DNA of 56,152 bases, the filler included, from Sphacelaria rigidula (lineage: Eukaryota): assembly GCA_964200075.2 (NCBI GenBank). It is 7 parts of 7 records of this genome, joined end to end, with 100 filler letters (N's around TTAATTAATTAA, not from the genome) between each part and the next. Parts side by side here need not be neighbours in the genome. Positions count along the whole stretch, not along the records: positions 8,038 to 15,974 come from CAXNAA020012920.1; positions 16,075 to 24,010 come from CAXNAA020012921.1; positions 24,111 to 32,046 come from CAXNAA020012922.1; 4 more parts are not named here. One strand, given 5' to 3'. Under the pieces are notes generated by a model. The model was not told the DNA's origin, did not search any database, and saw only the letters and a program-made list of their open reading frames with translations. Position 1 is the stretch's first letter. The number at the start of each line of letters is the position of its first letter. Shown here in pieces: positions 14,040 to 24,985 of the stretch. The position numbers and the translations under genes were made by a program.

Positions 14040-14904
14040 CATGCTGTGTCCTTAAGGAGAACCTACGTGCACTAGGGGCTGTCCCGCACAAAGGAGCCCG
14101 ACGAAAGTGGTTCGTCTACGGTGTAGAGGTCAGCGATGCATACGATTGGGTCACTGCAGCGAAGGACCTGGGCAAATGGCATATTGGAGTCGAAAAGGGG
14201 GTGGAAGAGTTTGAGGACACGTGGCGACGGGCGGACAAGCGAATCAGACCGACGTCAAAAGCGAGAGGCTGCTACGTCGAGGGCTGCCAGTCAGAAAATC
14301 CTGTCCTCTCATATCGGTTGGTGATCATGTCCTAAGTCGGTGGCTCCGCGGTGCCCACTGGTGTGTGTCTGTATCTACTCTGCTGCCATGAATCCCTTAG
14401 GCCCTTCTTTTCTTCTTTTTTTTCTTTTTCTTGTTCTTTTTCTTTTCTTTTCTTTTCGTTTTTTTTTCCCATCGTCTCATTGTTTTTTGTTCTATTTTAT
14501 TTTTTTGCTTTGTACTTTCCTCTTGTTATTTTCTTCTTCTTTTTTTTCCCATCGTTTCATTGCTTTTTATTCTATTTTATATTTTTGCCTTGTACTTTCC
14601 TCTTGTTTCCCTTTTTCTTGCTCTAGGTCGACCATTTCTTTCTGTGCTTTGCTTGTGTTGACTTTTTATTACTTTTTTTTTGTCTCGACTTAGTCGACTT
14701 AGTCGTGTATGACGTTCTGTTCGACCACTCTCTTTTTCTGTTCTTCTGTTCCTATTTTTTCTATTTATGTTCCCTTTTTTTTTTCTTTTTCCTTAGAGCG
14801 TGTTTGAGTTTCGTTTTTCTTGGGTACGTCTATCATGAGACCACGGCTGGACCCCGGGGGGGTCAGTTAAAGTGCGACGATCAATCAATCAATCAAATCA
14901 ATCA
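14040..14904 (+). mobile_element. 5'-truncated non-LTR retrotransposon (RTE-clade-like), 3' end
   Basis: The plus frame reads VLKENLRALGAVPHKGARRKWFVYG...DWVTAAKDLGKWHIGVEKGVEEFEDTWRRAD, resembling an RTE ORF C-terminus. It is followed by a T-rich 3'UTR, a terminal hairpin and an (ATCA)n tail. It interrupts copia gag, and a closely related copy lies at 48592-49246. Confidence 0.8.
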
Positions 14905-15560
14905 TCTCGTCAGTTCCTCCTTAGACTGATGAAGCACCCGAGTGGGACCTGTGAAAAGAGGGATTCGAAACACCTTTCTTGCCAAAAATAGGCGCACATG
15001 TGAAGATGGAACGCCCGAACCTTTGACTCGAGAGATTTCCCTGCCTTCACCGATCCGTCCCAAGGGGCACTACTGTCGTATTTTCGCACTTTTACAACAT
15101 TTGTACTGGCTATCTACCCATCCATGTATGGTTGATATCTATTTTGCTGTGTATACTGTACGGGGTGACTTGGTCAATGGGTGCTTCCAGGGCCCTCCTT
15201 TGCAGGGGTTTCTGTACAGCTCTACCCTCACTATGCATACTTCGCTCTCTCTCGTACTTTACAATCGCATCGCGTTTTGCCTTCTGCGTCGCGACCTCCA
15301 TTATTTTTGCCTGTTTGACTTCCATCAGGTGCAACTTCTCGGCTAACATTTCTTCAATGCTTACTTCTTTTGTGGTAGCCATTACTTGGCTGTAATCAAT
15401 GCTCAAATTCTGCTTCTGTTCTGCTTGACTGCACTAAACGCTGAAATTGCACTAGACGCTCAGATTCGTGATGTTCTCTCTCAAACGTCCCTCTGCTTAT
15501 TGACTGAAACCAGTATTACTCAAACGTTCCCGCGAAGCTCTCGTTCCGCTAGAGTAAGTG

Positions 15561-15974
15561 AAAGCCTCTCGGACGAGGTGCTCTGGACAGGGGGGAATGT
15601 GTATTGACTCTTGTATTAACGTCTGAAACTGTTATACCCTTGACTCGTCAAACATAACCATGCAGCAAGCGCCGCGAGCTGCCACCGAACACCAAGTATG
15701 CAGAATGCATGAAATACGAAATGAGGCAGTGCGGGCGGGCAAAGTGCATCGCCTTCTATACCGTACATTGTAGCAGTGTTGTAGTAGTATAGCAAGCCGC
15801 ACCCCCAAGAAAGGGATGTTAGCAAGCTTGTCTTGAAATCAGTTCGTATAAACACGCTGAAGGCTCTCTTCTGAAGCACTCAATAGTAAACAGTGTTTTC
15901 GTGATACTGAGAGTAGATGATACGATTGAGAGTGGATTTGATCATTCGCTTAAAGTGAGTCATTTTTTTATTCC
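15561..15974 (+). mobile_element. LTR retrotransposon 3' end (PPT + LTR, truncated by contig end)
   Basis: GGACAGGGGGGAA then TG at 15598; homologous to 9132-9326. Confidence 0.6.
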
Positions 15975-16074
15975 NNNNNNNNNNNNNNNNNNNNNNNNNN
16001 NNNNNNNNNNNNNNNNNNTTAATTAATTAANNNNNNNNNNNNNNNNNNNNNNNNNNNNNNNNNNNNNNNNNNNN
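15975..16074. other. Artificial contig spacer
   Basis: N44-TTAATTAATTAA-N44. Confidence 0.97.
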
Positions 16075-18388
16075 CGTCTTCCCTGCAAAAGAGAAATGCC
16101 ACATCAACCCCATATTTTGTATGAACCCCATTTTCTAGGATCCACCGCTATGTTCCTGGGAGTCCGGTCCCGAAAGGGTTAAAACGAGATTACAATTTCT
16201 GAAAAGCTTACAACAGTATAATGTGCTCGAAACGCGCATAAAGTTGCCAAAAAGTGCCCCCCATGGCCTATTGCGTGACTCGTCACCAGACAGGCTTCAA
16301 TACTTCAAACTGCCGTGGCTGTGGGTCTGATCCGAAAAACGTTTCGCTGTTTATTTCATATTCGTGATACTGTGTTGAATTGAAAAATGTAATCAAGCTT
16401 TTGTTCGATAGTTGTACATGGGACCATGGGGGCCCATTGCGCATTGTACGAAGTACAACCTACAGCGTTTCGGAGGAATAATCAGTAAAATCAGTAGCGA
16501 GAAGTGACTTCAATCGAACGTATAGTGGGGCTTGAAACAAAGAAAAAAAGCTTATAATAATAAAATAAAAACGGTGCTTAATTTGAAAAAAAAACGCGCA
16601 TGAGAAGCTGAAGCCCAGTCTTGTTTTGGCTTCGATTTGTCCGGAAATAAATAAGGTTGCATGGTGACTGCTTTGGAAGCTTCCGCAAAACCGCACAGCA
16701 GTAACTTCCCCAAAACTGACGTTGGGGTCGGAAAGACTACACAGCTACTCGTATTATGGTGAGATTAAGTGTGTGGCAGTAAGAGTCGAGTGTTTTACAC
16801 GGACTTGATGCTCGCTCAGTACGGAACCAAAAGCACGCGCTCGAAGCACCCTGTATTTCAGTGGAGATACAGGCCGGCTCACACTCGAGCGTTATCAAAC
16901 CTAATAACACTCATCGGCAAAACTTCATGCCGTTTTTAGGAGTTAGACCCTGAAAGTTTGCACAATTTTGCTATGGGTCATGAAGCATCTTTCGAAGGTC
17001 GAGTTTTTTTTTATATTTGTTGTTTTTTTATCGTGTTTCGAGGGTCCCGGCGTTTTTGGAAAACTTGGACCCCGTCGGACCCCCGAAAAACGGTAAAATG
17101 GTTGAAGGATTGAAAAAAAACTCGTCCATCGAAAGTTGCGTAATGTCCCATAGCATACTTACGCAAAGTTTCAGGGTCGAACTCCTGAACACGGCGTGAG
17201 GTTGTGCGTGATTGTGCGACGACGTGAGCTGAAAACGTACCAACTCCTAATTACTTGGTTCTAATATGAAAACGTCTTTTTGAGTGTATTTGGCGTCAAG
17301 GCGAGAAAAGTTGTATGAGGTTGTCGAGTTTCTCGCCCAAACTTTGTACATGCGTTCCTTGGACTACCCCGCGACGCATCCTTTTTTTTTTTTTCAGGAA
17401 TTCTCTACCGCCTTCTGAGGATCTTCACACTGTGACCCCCCGGAAGCCGGTAGAGAACGGAGAAACTACGAAATATTGTCAAGGATTCATTTTTCCTCTT
17501 GAAGCATCAACACCTACCAAATTGCCGAGTTCGAGGGCAATCTGAGCTTTTATACGACAGATATAAGGGAAACAGTCATGAGGCTCCCTGGGTAATGCGT
17601 GCGTATCATCAGTGGAAACTAGACGACCCCAAAAACCGTTTTCATTTTTTTTTTCTTCCGTTAGGTTACCGAGCTGGTGGTGGTTACTACGAACCATGTG
17701 GAGACTGGGTGAAAGTTGGGCTCGGAATTCGTATTTTCGATTCCAGAACAATTTGAAAGGAGCTGATTGGTCGGGGTACCTTTTCGCCCTTAGCGCTACT
17801 GTGCCACCATGGCCTTGAACACAAATTTGGCTATGTCACGTTCTTCAGCTGTCTATGGCGGTCAGTATGGTATCATTTTTGCAACTACTGGGTAGGTATT
17901 GCGAAATGCATTGCTTATGACACAATTTTGGGTGATGAGCGCGAACCAGCCTGTGCGCTATCTGCGGATGGATGTGGGCGCTTTCTATTGCGGGCGTCTG
18001 TAAGCGATGTTGCATGCCCTGGAATGTTGGGCACACGCTCGAATCTCGGTTGCATCTCAAAGCCTGATCACCACACGCTGACGACTGTGCAAAACCTGTA
18101 CGCCGCCTTTCGATAAAATGGGCTACTCTAATCGTCTTCCGATTTCGCACATGTATATGATAGTTTCTGCCGGGGGACGGGGGAAAACCGAAAGTAGTTT
18201 GGTTGCCGTTCAGAGCTACAGTCCAATCACGGCGCAGAATTTATCTTCGATTTTCGATCTTTGATTACTTTTTTTTGCTAACTAAGACAAGCAGTGCTCC
18301 GGTGATCGGTAACAACAAAACGTATCCTTGTTTTTTCAGTAGCCCCGCTGCCCGCGTCCTTCGCCCCCTACCTGACCACAAACCTCAG

Positions 18389-18535
18389 CACAACAAGCAG
18401 CTGCAGCAACGGTGGAAGTAGAAGGTTGCGGCGAGAATAAATACGAGGACTTACGAGGGGGATTCGGGTCAAGACAGCCCAACGTGTCGTACAACGCCGA
18501 CAACCCGCTGTTCGACTTCAAGATGCTGGTCACAG
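18389..18535 (+). CDS. Pyroglutamyl-peptidase I (peptidase C15) gene, exon
   Basis: Branch-like CTGAC + CAG acceptor, donor ACAG|GTAGGT, 147 bp, phase 1/1. Ends ...NPLFDFKMLVT-G and joins the next exon to give MLVTGYQPF. Confidence 0.7.
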
Positions 18536-19885
18536 GTAGGTAGGTAGGTACACGCTCCGACAAAAACGTTTCGATTGATTAATTGATTGTCGTACATTAA
18601 CTTCCCGAGGGACACAGCCGTGGTCAAAATATGCATTCTTGGAAAACATTTGGTCAGGCGATTCTCCCTACGGGAGAAAACAACCGAGCATGCATGCGAT
18701 GGCATGCTTCCGTGTGTACATACGCAGCCCCCGTGACCCTTTGACCGCGATGGTAGGTCATCTGGTCATGTAGTGAATTTCCAAGTGAAAAGTGATGCGA
18801 CGTCAACAGATGAGTCATGTTCGCGGTGAAAAAAGATGATGACACATCGTGCGATCAAATGAAAAGCTCTGACTTTTCGCTATGGGTACGGACGCATTCT
18901 TATCCGCGCGTAACATTGCCAAAACACTCCCTGCTCACGTGCCCCCCCCCGAGGACGCACGGTGGTCAATGACAGTCCAAACCACCATTCGAGGCATCCT
19001 TTTGGTTGCCCAGCGGGGCACGGAAAATATCGATCGATTGAATAACCAAGAGCTGTTTTTCGAGACCACGCGAAACACGAGCACCAATGCGTTTCTGTTT
19101 TTCTTCTTGGTGGTTATCGCTGCAATTATTCCAAGACCTGTAGCGCAACCCATTTCACTACCGCCCGAGACTGGAGAGAAACAGGACGGCCCGGTCACCG
19201 ACAAGTGCATGCCATGATGTTGAAGCGGGCGTGGCCACTACTGGTCTGTGGGCGTGCACATTGTACTGTACACAACACTGAGACTTTGCCTGCGCTGCTG
19301 TTTTCTGATGGATGGCTGTGTTTTGGACGTCTCCGATGAAAAACAGTCACACGACGTTACGTTGCTAATGCTGCAGCTTTCCACGTGAAACAAGCTCGTA
19401 TATTTACGGCGCGTTCACAGCTGTCACCGTGCCTAGCCACTGTACCTTGAGACCAGTCAAGTGGCTCCTGGGTGCTGTATCGCCACTACTTATCTTGAAA
19501 ACAAAGGTACAGTCGGTGCCGCGTCTTTTGGCCACTAAATCGTTTCATTGTTCGTCGACGTCACGGCACATACATGAGATGACTGATGTACCCTTTCCAC
19601 GAAGCTGTGAGCGATTACTATCGTAGCTAGCCCTTCCGATAACCCCGAATCATTGCTCGTTTCGGCATAGTTGGTGAACAACCAACGGGGTCTCCGGTGA
19701 AGTAAGTATTCTTGTGGCATCTGCAAAACAAATCAGCCATTGTGCTGCAAGGAAAGATCTGCGCGCACCCAGCGCTTTAAATAAGTGTGTTCGCAAGCCC
19801 CAGTTCTTGTCAATGTCAAATCCGCATGTGTCACGTGTCCCGACATCGAATCGAAGGTTGAGACCTAGAGTCAGTCTCTTGACAG

Positions 19886-20262
19886 CGATCACCATAGCAG
19901 CCGGACTACCTGCCGTCGTACATATTTGCTGCTTGGTCCATGCAGTGGTGGCTATTGCTGTGTAGGCGTTGTCATTTTCTGTCTGCATCGACTTTCAACA
20001 CAGCGATCACCATAATAGCAACCGAAACACCCGACATCGTAGATCTTTGCCGCTTGAATGCATGTAGTGGTGACCAGCTATTGTGCAGACAATTGTCAAT
20101 TTCTCGCTGCGGAGCCTTTTTTTGGCACAACGATCACCACAGCAGCCGCAGCACCCGCCATCGTAGCTCTTTGCTGCTTGATTCATGCAGTGGTGACTAC
20201 TAGCTGTACAGACGTTGTCCCATGTTGACAATTTCTGTCTGCACCGACTTCCAACCACCACA
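19886..20262. repeat. Degenerate ~120-bp tandem repeat x3 (intronic)
   Basis: Units start CGATCACCA at 19886, 20004 and 20131 and share TCGTA..T.TTTGC.GCTTG...CATG.AGTGGTG. Confidence 0.75.
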
Positions 20263-20352
20263 AAGGCGTTGTGAGCACACAAAACCAGCGCTGTGAAGCC
20301 ACACCCAACATAAACACCGACGACAGCACGAAGCAACAGAACGAAGATTCAA

Positions 20353-20773
20353 CAGCCTGGATCCGTTTTTGAGGTTCAGCATTTGGGTGAGGTTCAACTC
20401 GAAAACAGTACTTTTCCTGACCTAAAGTCATGACCAATGAATCTCATACGGACGACCTCATGCCCCCCGACCTCCTCAAAACTATTTTGGGGGGCTGCCC
20501 GTCTTCTGTGCCCCCAAAGCATATACGCGAAAGCATCAATTTCGGGCTTAAAACGTCCCCTTTTTCGCCCCCATGCCGAGGCAAAAAGGTGCTTTCGTAC
20601 ATACGCTTTGGGGGCACGGAAGACGCGCGACCCCCAAAAACAGTTTTCAGGAGGTCGGGGGGCATGAGGTCGTCCATATGAAATTCATTGATCATGACTT
20701 TAGGTCAGGGAAAGCACTGTTTATCGAGTTGAACTTCACCCCAATGTTGACTCTCAAAAACGGATCCAGGCTG
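20353..20773. mobile_element. Foldback MITE with ~185-bp inverted arms
   Basis: Begins CAGCCTGGATCCGTTTTTGAG and ends CTCAAAAACGGATCCAGGCTG. Arms are approximately 20353-20540 and 20585-20773. Confidence 0.85.
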
Positions 20774-21440
20774 CTATTTGTAGGGCACCTTTGCAAGAAA
20801 AACCAAAGACTAATACCCGAATCCCAGAGAGCGCTCCTGCCGAAATTTTGAGCTATCGCGTGCCCTGCTAGGTGCATTGCAGCACGGCGGGGAGCAAGGC
20901 CGGTTTGAGCGTTATTAGTTGTAGCAACGAAGTAGTTGTCTGGTACACTGTAATAAAAACAGCGTATCGGCAGGGGACAAAAACGTTCTACAGGATGCTG
21001 AAATTGCTTCAAGGGCACAATCCCTCGAACTCCGTATTTTCCAACGTACATTTTGTTTTCTTCTAATTTTTTCGCTTCTGCGTAAAACCGTTACTAACCT
21101 TGTACGTGGACACTTCGCTCCACATTTTGGTCATTCGATGCTCGGGCTGCTTGTCTGCGTCTACGCCGGTTGATTCATGTCTTCTGCGTCGGGGATGTCA
21201 ACGGTGCACCAAATCGTTGTCTGTGCGCTGCTGGTGTTTTCCTTCGTCTCGTTGAGATATTGATGCCCTCAGCAGCTGTGGTTCATCGTGGTGGCTTGTC
21301 TGATGCTTTGTCTGTACAAGAGCGTGGTCGTTTGACGAAAGTGCATACGTAGCAACTTCCAGAAAAGAAGAGCTGGCGCCATTCAGTCGCCGTGTGAGAT
21401 TGCAGGAGAAATGGAATTGGCAGGTGATATCCACCACCAC

Positions 21441-21715
21441 GGGCCGGTGGTCTGATGGCCCAACGTACACCATTAAAGCGGAAAATGCGGGATCGTTTCC
21501 CGGCGGATCTCTATATTTGGATTTGATCTGAAAATGATCTCATCTTCCGTTGGTGATGACGTGACAATTTGGGCGGCAGAGGGAGATTACTTGACGAGAG
21601 CCCACGCGGTCCGGGAGTGCTTGTCATGATCCAATCCGCGACGGCAAAAATGCAAGGAGTGCACAGGGGCAGAGATGGGTTGATCCCTTGAGACCACGGC
21701 TTATTCCAAGGAAGG
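21441..21715 (+). mobile_element. Putative tRNA-derived SINE
   Basis: A-box-like TGGTCTGATGG (21448) and B-box-like GGGATCGTTTCCC (21489). Core 21591-21712 is homologous to 23381-23504. Confidence 0.55.
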
Positions 21716-22799
21716 GGAGGAGCGTAAAATGTGCCGACAAAATGACGAAAATAATGTCCAAGCATTTTGCTACAATTCTGTTTCACAGAGGGACCTGACT
21801 CATCGAATAAGTAGTAGTCGAAGCGGTCATCATCTTCCGAGATGAAAGGTCTCCGCCTGTTACATATAAAATAACACCCCGCTGGAACTTGTTCTACTGC
21901 TCTTCTGCTCTATTTTATCACTGCAGTAAAGTACGGGGCTTGATGGAATGATTTAATTGGTTCGATTGATTTGATGGGTCGATTGCAGCACATTAACTCA
22001 CTCCCCCACGAAGTCGGTCGTGGTCATCATATAGACGTACCCGAGGTAAATTAGAGGGACACTCGCTGGAGCAACCTCGAAAAGATGGGAAGGAAAGATG
22101 GAACCAGGACGACGGGAGCGAGCACAGGAGACTGAAAACTAGCATATACAAGAAGAGTAGGAGGGAAAGGGGAGGGGAGGGGAGGGGAGGACAGGGAAAA
22201 GGGGAAAGGGGAAAGGAAAACACATGAAAACGCGAGGCTAAGATGTCGTAGTACCGGTCCCGAGAGAGGAAAGAAATACACACAAACACACACACACACG
22301 CACACGCACACACGCACACGCACACACGCACACATGGACGCACACACGGAGGAACTCTGCGCGGCGACGACAGCAGTATTGTACTTTCACGCCTTCATTG
22401 GCGTTGTTCCTTCCCCCCCCCTTTGAGTTTTCTCTGTCGAAATGTTCCGTTCCCGTTTGTTCACTTCCGGGGTATACCTACCTCGTGACTACGGCTGATT
22501 CTTTTTTATTGAGGCATTACTTACTGTCGCATTTTGTCGACAGATAGACTGGGAATCCAGCTATCGTTGGTCATCAGATAGATGTACGTAAGGTTACATA
22601 AATAAAAACTTTCGCTAAAAAAACAAAGGAAACTCGAGAAGAAGAAAAAAGAAAAAGATTGATTAAAAGCAAAGAAGAAGGAGAGAACACAGACGTACAC
22701 GCACACGGTAGACTTGAAGAAAAAAGAGAAGAAAATCGTCCACAATTACGTACTTCATATACTTTCTTTCCGACACCACTGCTGTTCAATTTTTGATAG

Positions 22800-23011
22800 G
22801 GTACCAGCCATTTTTAGATCACGGTGTCAACCCCGCACAAGAGGTGGCCACATCGTTGGACCAAGCCTGCGAGACGGTCTACCTTCGACACCCTCACACG
22901 TTCCGCGTGTGCTACGAGGGCGTGTCCCTTCCGGTGAACTTCGAGGGTAGCGGATGGGCTGCAGAGGAGCTGCGACAGGATCCTCGGAAGTGGGATGGTG
23001 TCGTGCATCTG
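22800..23011 (+). CDS. Pyroglutamyl-peptidase I (peptidase C15) gene, exon (3' exons absent from contig)
   Basis: Acceptor ttttgatag|, donor CTG|GTACGT. (G)YQPFLDHGVNPAQEVATSL...LPVNFEG...WDGVVHL matches the C15 pattern (LVTGFxPF...NPS.EV; LPV.F; D.V.HLG). Confidence 0.85.
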
Positions 23012-23196
23012 GTACGTCCGTTCATCCTTTCATTCGTTCGTCCGTCCAACCGAGGCTGGGAACGCAAATCAAAACGGCGGTCCCATTATAGTGCGGTCAT
23101 CAAAAGTGCGGGGTCCCACCACAGTGCGGTCAACATTGCTTGACCCATTGGTGATCCGCTGAACTATCACGTTGTAATTGCACTATCTGCCGCCGC

Positions 23197-23504
23197 GCCC
23201 CGATGATATGAATGAAAACGGTACAACCGACTTGTTTGTGCGTGGAAAGGACGCGGGGGTTTGATTCCCGCGAGATGCGCTTTCGTTTTTCTTCTTCAAA
23301 AGTACTGTATCTTGGCTTTCCGTTGTTGAAAGCGTGAGGGCGTGAGTAGCAAGAAAAATAGTTTGTTTGACTAAGTCTGATTGACGACAGTCGACGCGGT
23401 GCGGGAGTGCTGGTCATGATCCAATCCGCGAGACCGAAGTGTAAGGCGTGTACCGGCGGAAAGATGGGTTGGTCCCTTGAGACCACGGACTCTTCCTGAG
23501 GAAG
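23197..23504 (+). mobile_element. Putative tRNA-derived SINE, second copy
   Basis: B-box-like GGGTTTGATTCCC at about 23257; core homologous to 21591-21712. Confidence 0.55.
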
Positions 23505-23819
23505 TGAAGGCCTTGAAAGTATGACTGGAATGATGAAAAAATAGAGTATGCTAGTGAACGTTTGGGCTCCCAGCATAGTCCGGTCATGTCGGGGCTGGCG
23601 ACCCGCCGCACTATGCTGGCACCATCGCTGTATAAATTCCAAATGTATATTCATGTATATGTAAATATATCGGCAGAGAGAACCGTTACCCAGCAGGTGA
23701 ACATTCAAGACATGAATACGCGACCAAGAGGATGACGATGGCAGTTGACTTGTTGCGGTACTGTAAGAACCCAGTGTTCATGTTTTTTTGCTGTATTTTT
23801 TCGTATTAACTGAAATGTA

Positions 23820-23948
23820 ATAGTGGTAGTAACAGTAGCAGTAGTAGCAGTAGTAGTAGTAGTAGTAGTAGTAATGGTAATAGTAGTAGTAATGGTAGTA
23901 GTAGTAGTAGTGGGAGTAGGAGATGTAGAAGTAGTAGTAGAAGTAGTA

Positions 23949-24006
<58 letters not shown>

Positions 24007-24010
24007 GAGT
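23820..24010. repeat. (GTA)n microsatellite at contig end
   Basis: Directly visible. Confidence 0.95.
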
Positions 24011-24110
24011 NNNNNNNNNNNNNNNNNNNNNNNNNNNNNNNNNNNNNNNNNNNNTTAATTAATTAANNNNNNNNNNNNNNNNNNNNNNNNNNNNNNNNNN
24101 NNNNNNNNNN
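24011..24110. other. Artificial contig spacer
   Basis: N44-TTAATTAATTAA-N44. Confidence 0.97.
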
Positions 24111-24714
24111 ATTGCAGAAAGCATGTTGGGCCTCGTGGAAGTGCATTTCGGAACTGAAACGTACATATACTGATTGACCGCTCTTCACTTGCAATCGTAT
24201 CATGTACTCTCAATCTCACGGAAGCACTTTTAATTGTTCACTGTTCTCAACGAAGCACCTCCGGCTTCTCCTCGGTGTAACGGACATACACACAGTACAG
24301 TGGGAGAGCACACTCAGCATAAAATGCACACACTAGGCTGTAGGCTTTAAAGAGGGAATTCAGCAGGAAGAGAGGAAGGCAGAGACGGCAACAACAGCAG
24401 ACCCCACACGCCCTGCCTGCCTTGGGTTGCCGCAAAGGAAAAATGGTGCTGCAGGGGCCTTTTTGTGAATCGACATCATTTGACTGAAAAACAACTCAAA
24501 TGGACACCTGCCGCGACCACACGATTGTGGGGAAAAGTGACAAACATTTTTGTGGAGAGTCCAAGCCTGACAGGGTTACTACGATTTGTGATGGTGGAAA
24601 ATATCACCATTTTGTACCGTTCTTCAACCAGGCTTCTACCATGTCTCGCACCTCACTCGTCAATTACTTCAGTCGGTGATGATTGGTTCTTGGGTTGTCC
24701 AGGGAAGACGCAAG

Positions 24715-24985
24715 CAGACGAGTATTTGCTTGTTGTGGAAAAATTTCTGACTCAAAGCATTCGAGTCATTACTCGTGGTTGGAAAAACCAGCAGTGCGAT
24801 TACTCCAGTTGTTGCTTTTTGTGGAAATAAACTTCTGAATGGAGCACTCGAGTCATTACTCGTGATTGTAAAAACCAGCAGTGCGAGTACTCGAGTCATT
24901 GCTCGTTGTGGAAAAATCAATAGGACGAGTACTCGAGCCATGCTCGTTGTGTTTTCAGAAAACATCAACGAGTACACTCGTTTCG
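24715..24985. repeat. ~43-45-bp degenerate tandem array with palindromic ACTCGAGT core
   Basis: Repeated ACTCGAGTCATT(A/G)CTCGT...AAAAACCAGCAGTGCGA units. Confidence 0.7.

Larger units (their letters stand above)
10200..15410 (-). mobile_element. Degenerate Ty1/copia-type gag-protease element
   Basis: Gag-like AWDIILD...SPREAWDYF...EKARLEQEWTNLEM (ORF 13651..14091). Copia aspartic protease WIADTGASRHNTG (12333..12632) followed by GSLNLRF...LTDVCVVEGVKFNIFYLH (12105..12305). Many stops and frameshifts, LINE insertions, and no recognisable integrase or RT. Boundaries are approximate. Confidence 0.75.

Noticed and set aside
14340..14929. Phe/Leu-rich 'membrane protein' ORFs, and similar poly-V/poly-Q/poly-N ORFs at 23823 and 49374-49770
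   Set aside because: Translations of the T-rich LINE 3'UTR and of microsatellites.
21441..21510. Functional tRNA gene
   Set aside because: A/B boxes are degenerate, no cloverleaf could be built, and it is attached to a repeated core; treated as a SINE head.
24715..24985. CRISPR-like appearance of the palindromic array
   Set aside because: Units are degenerate, spacers resemble each other, there are no cas genes, and the context is eukaryotic.
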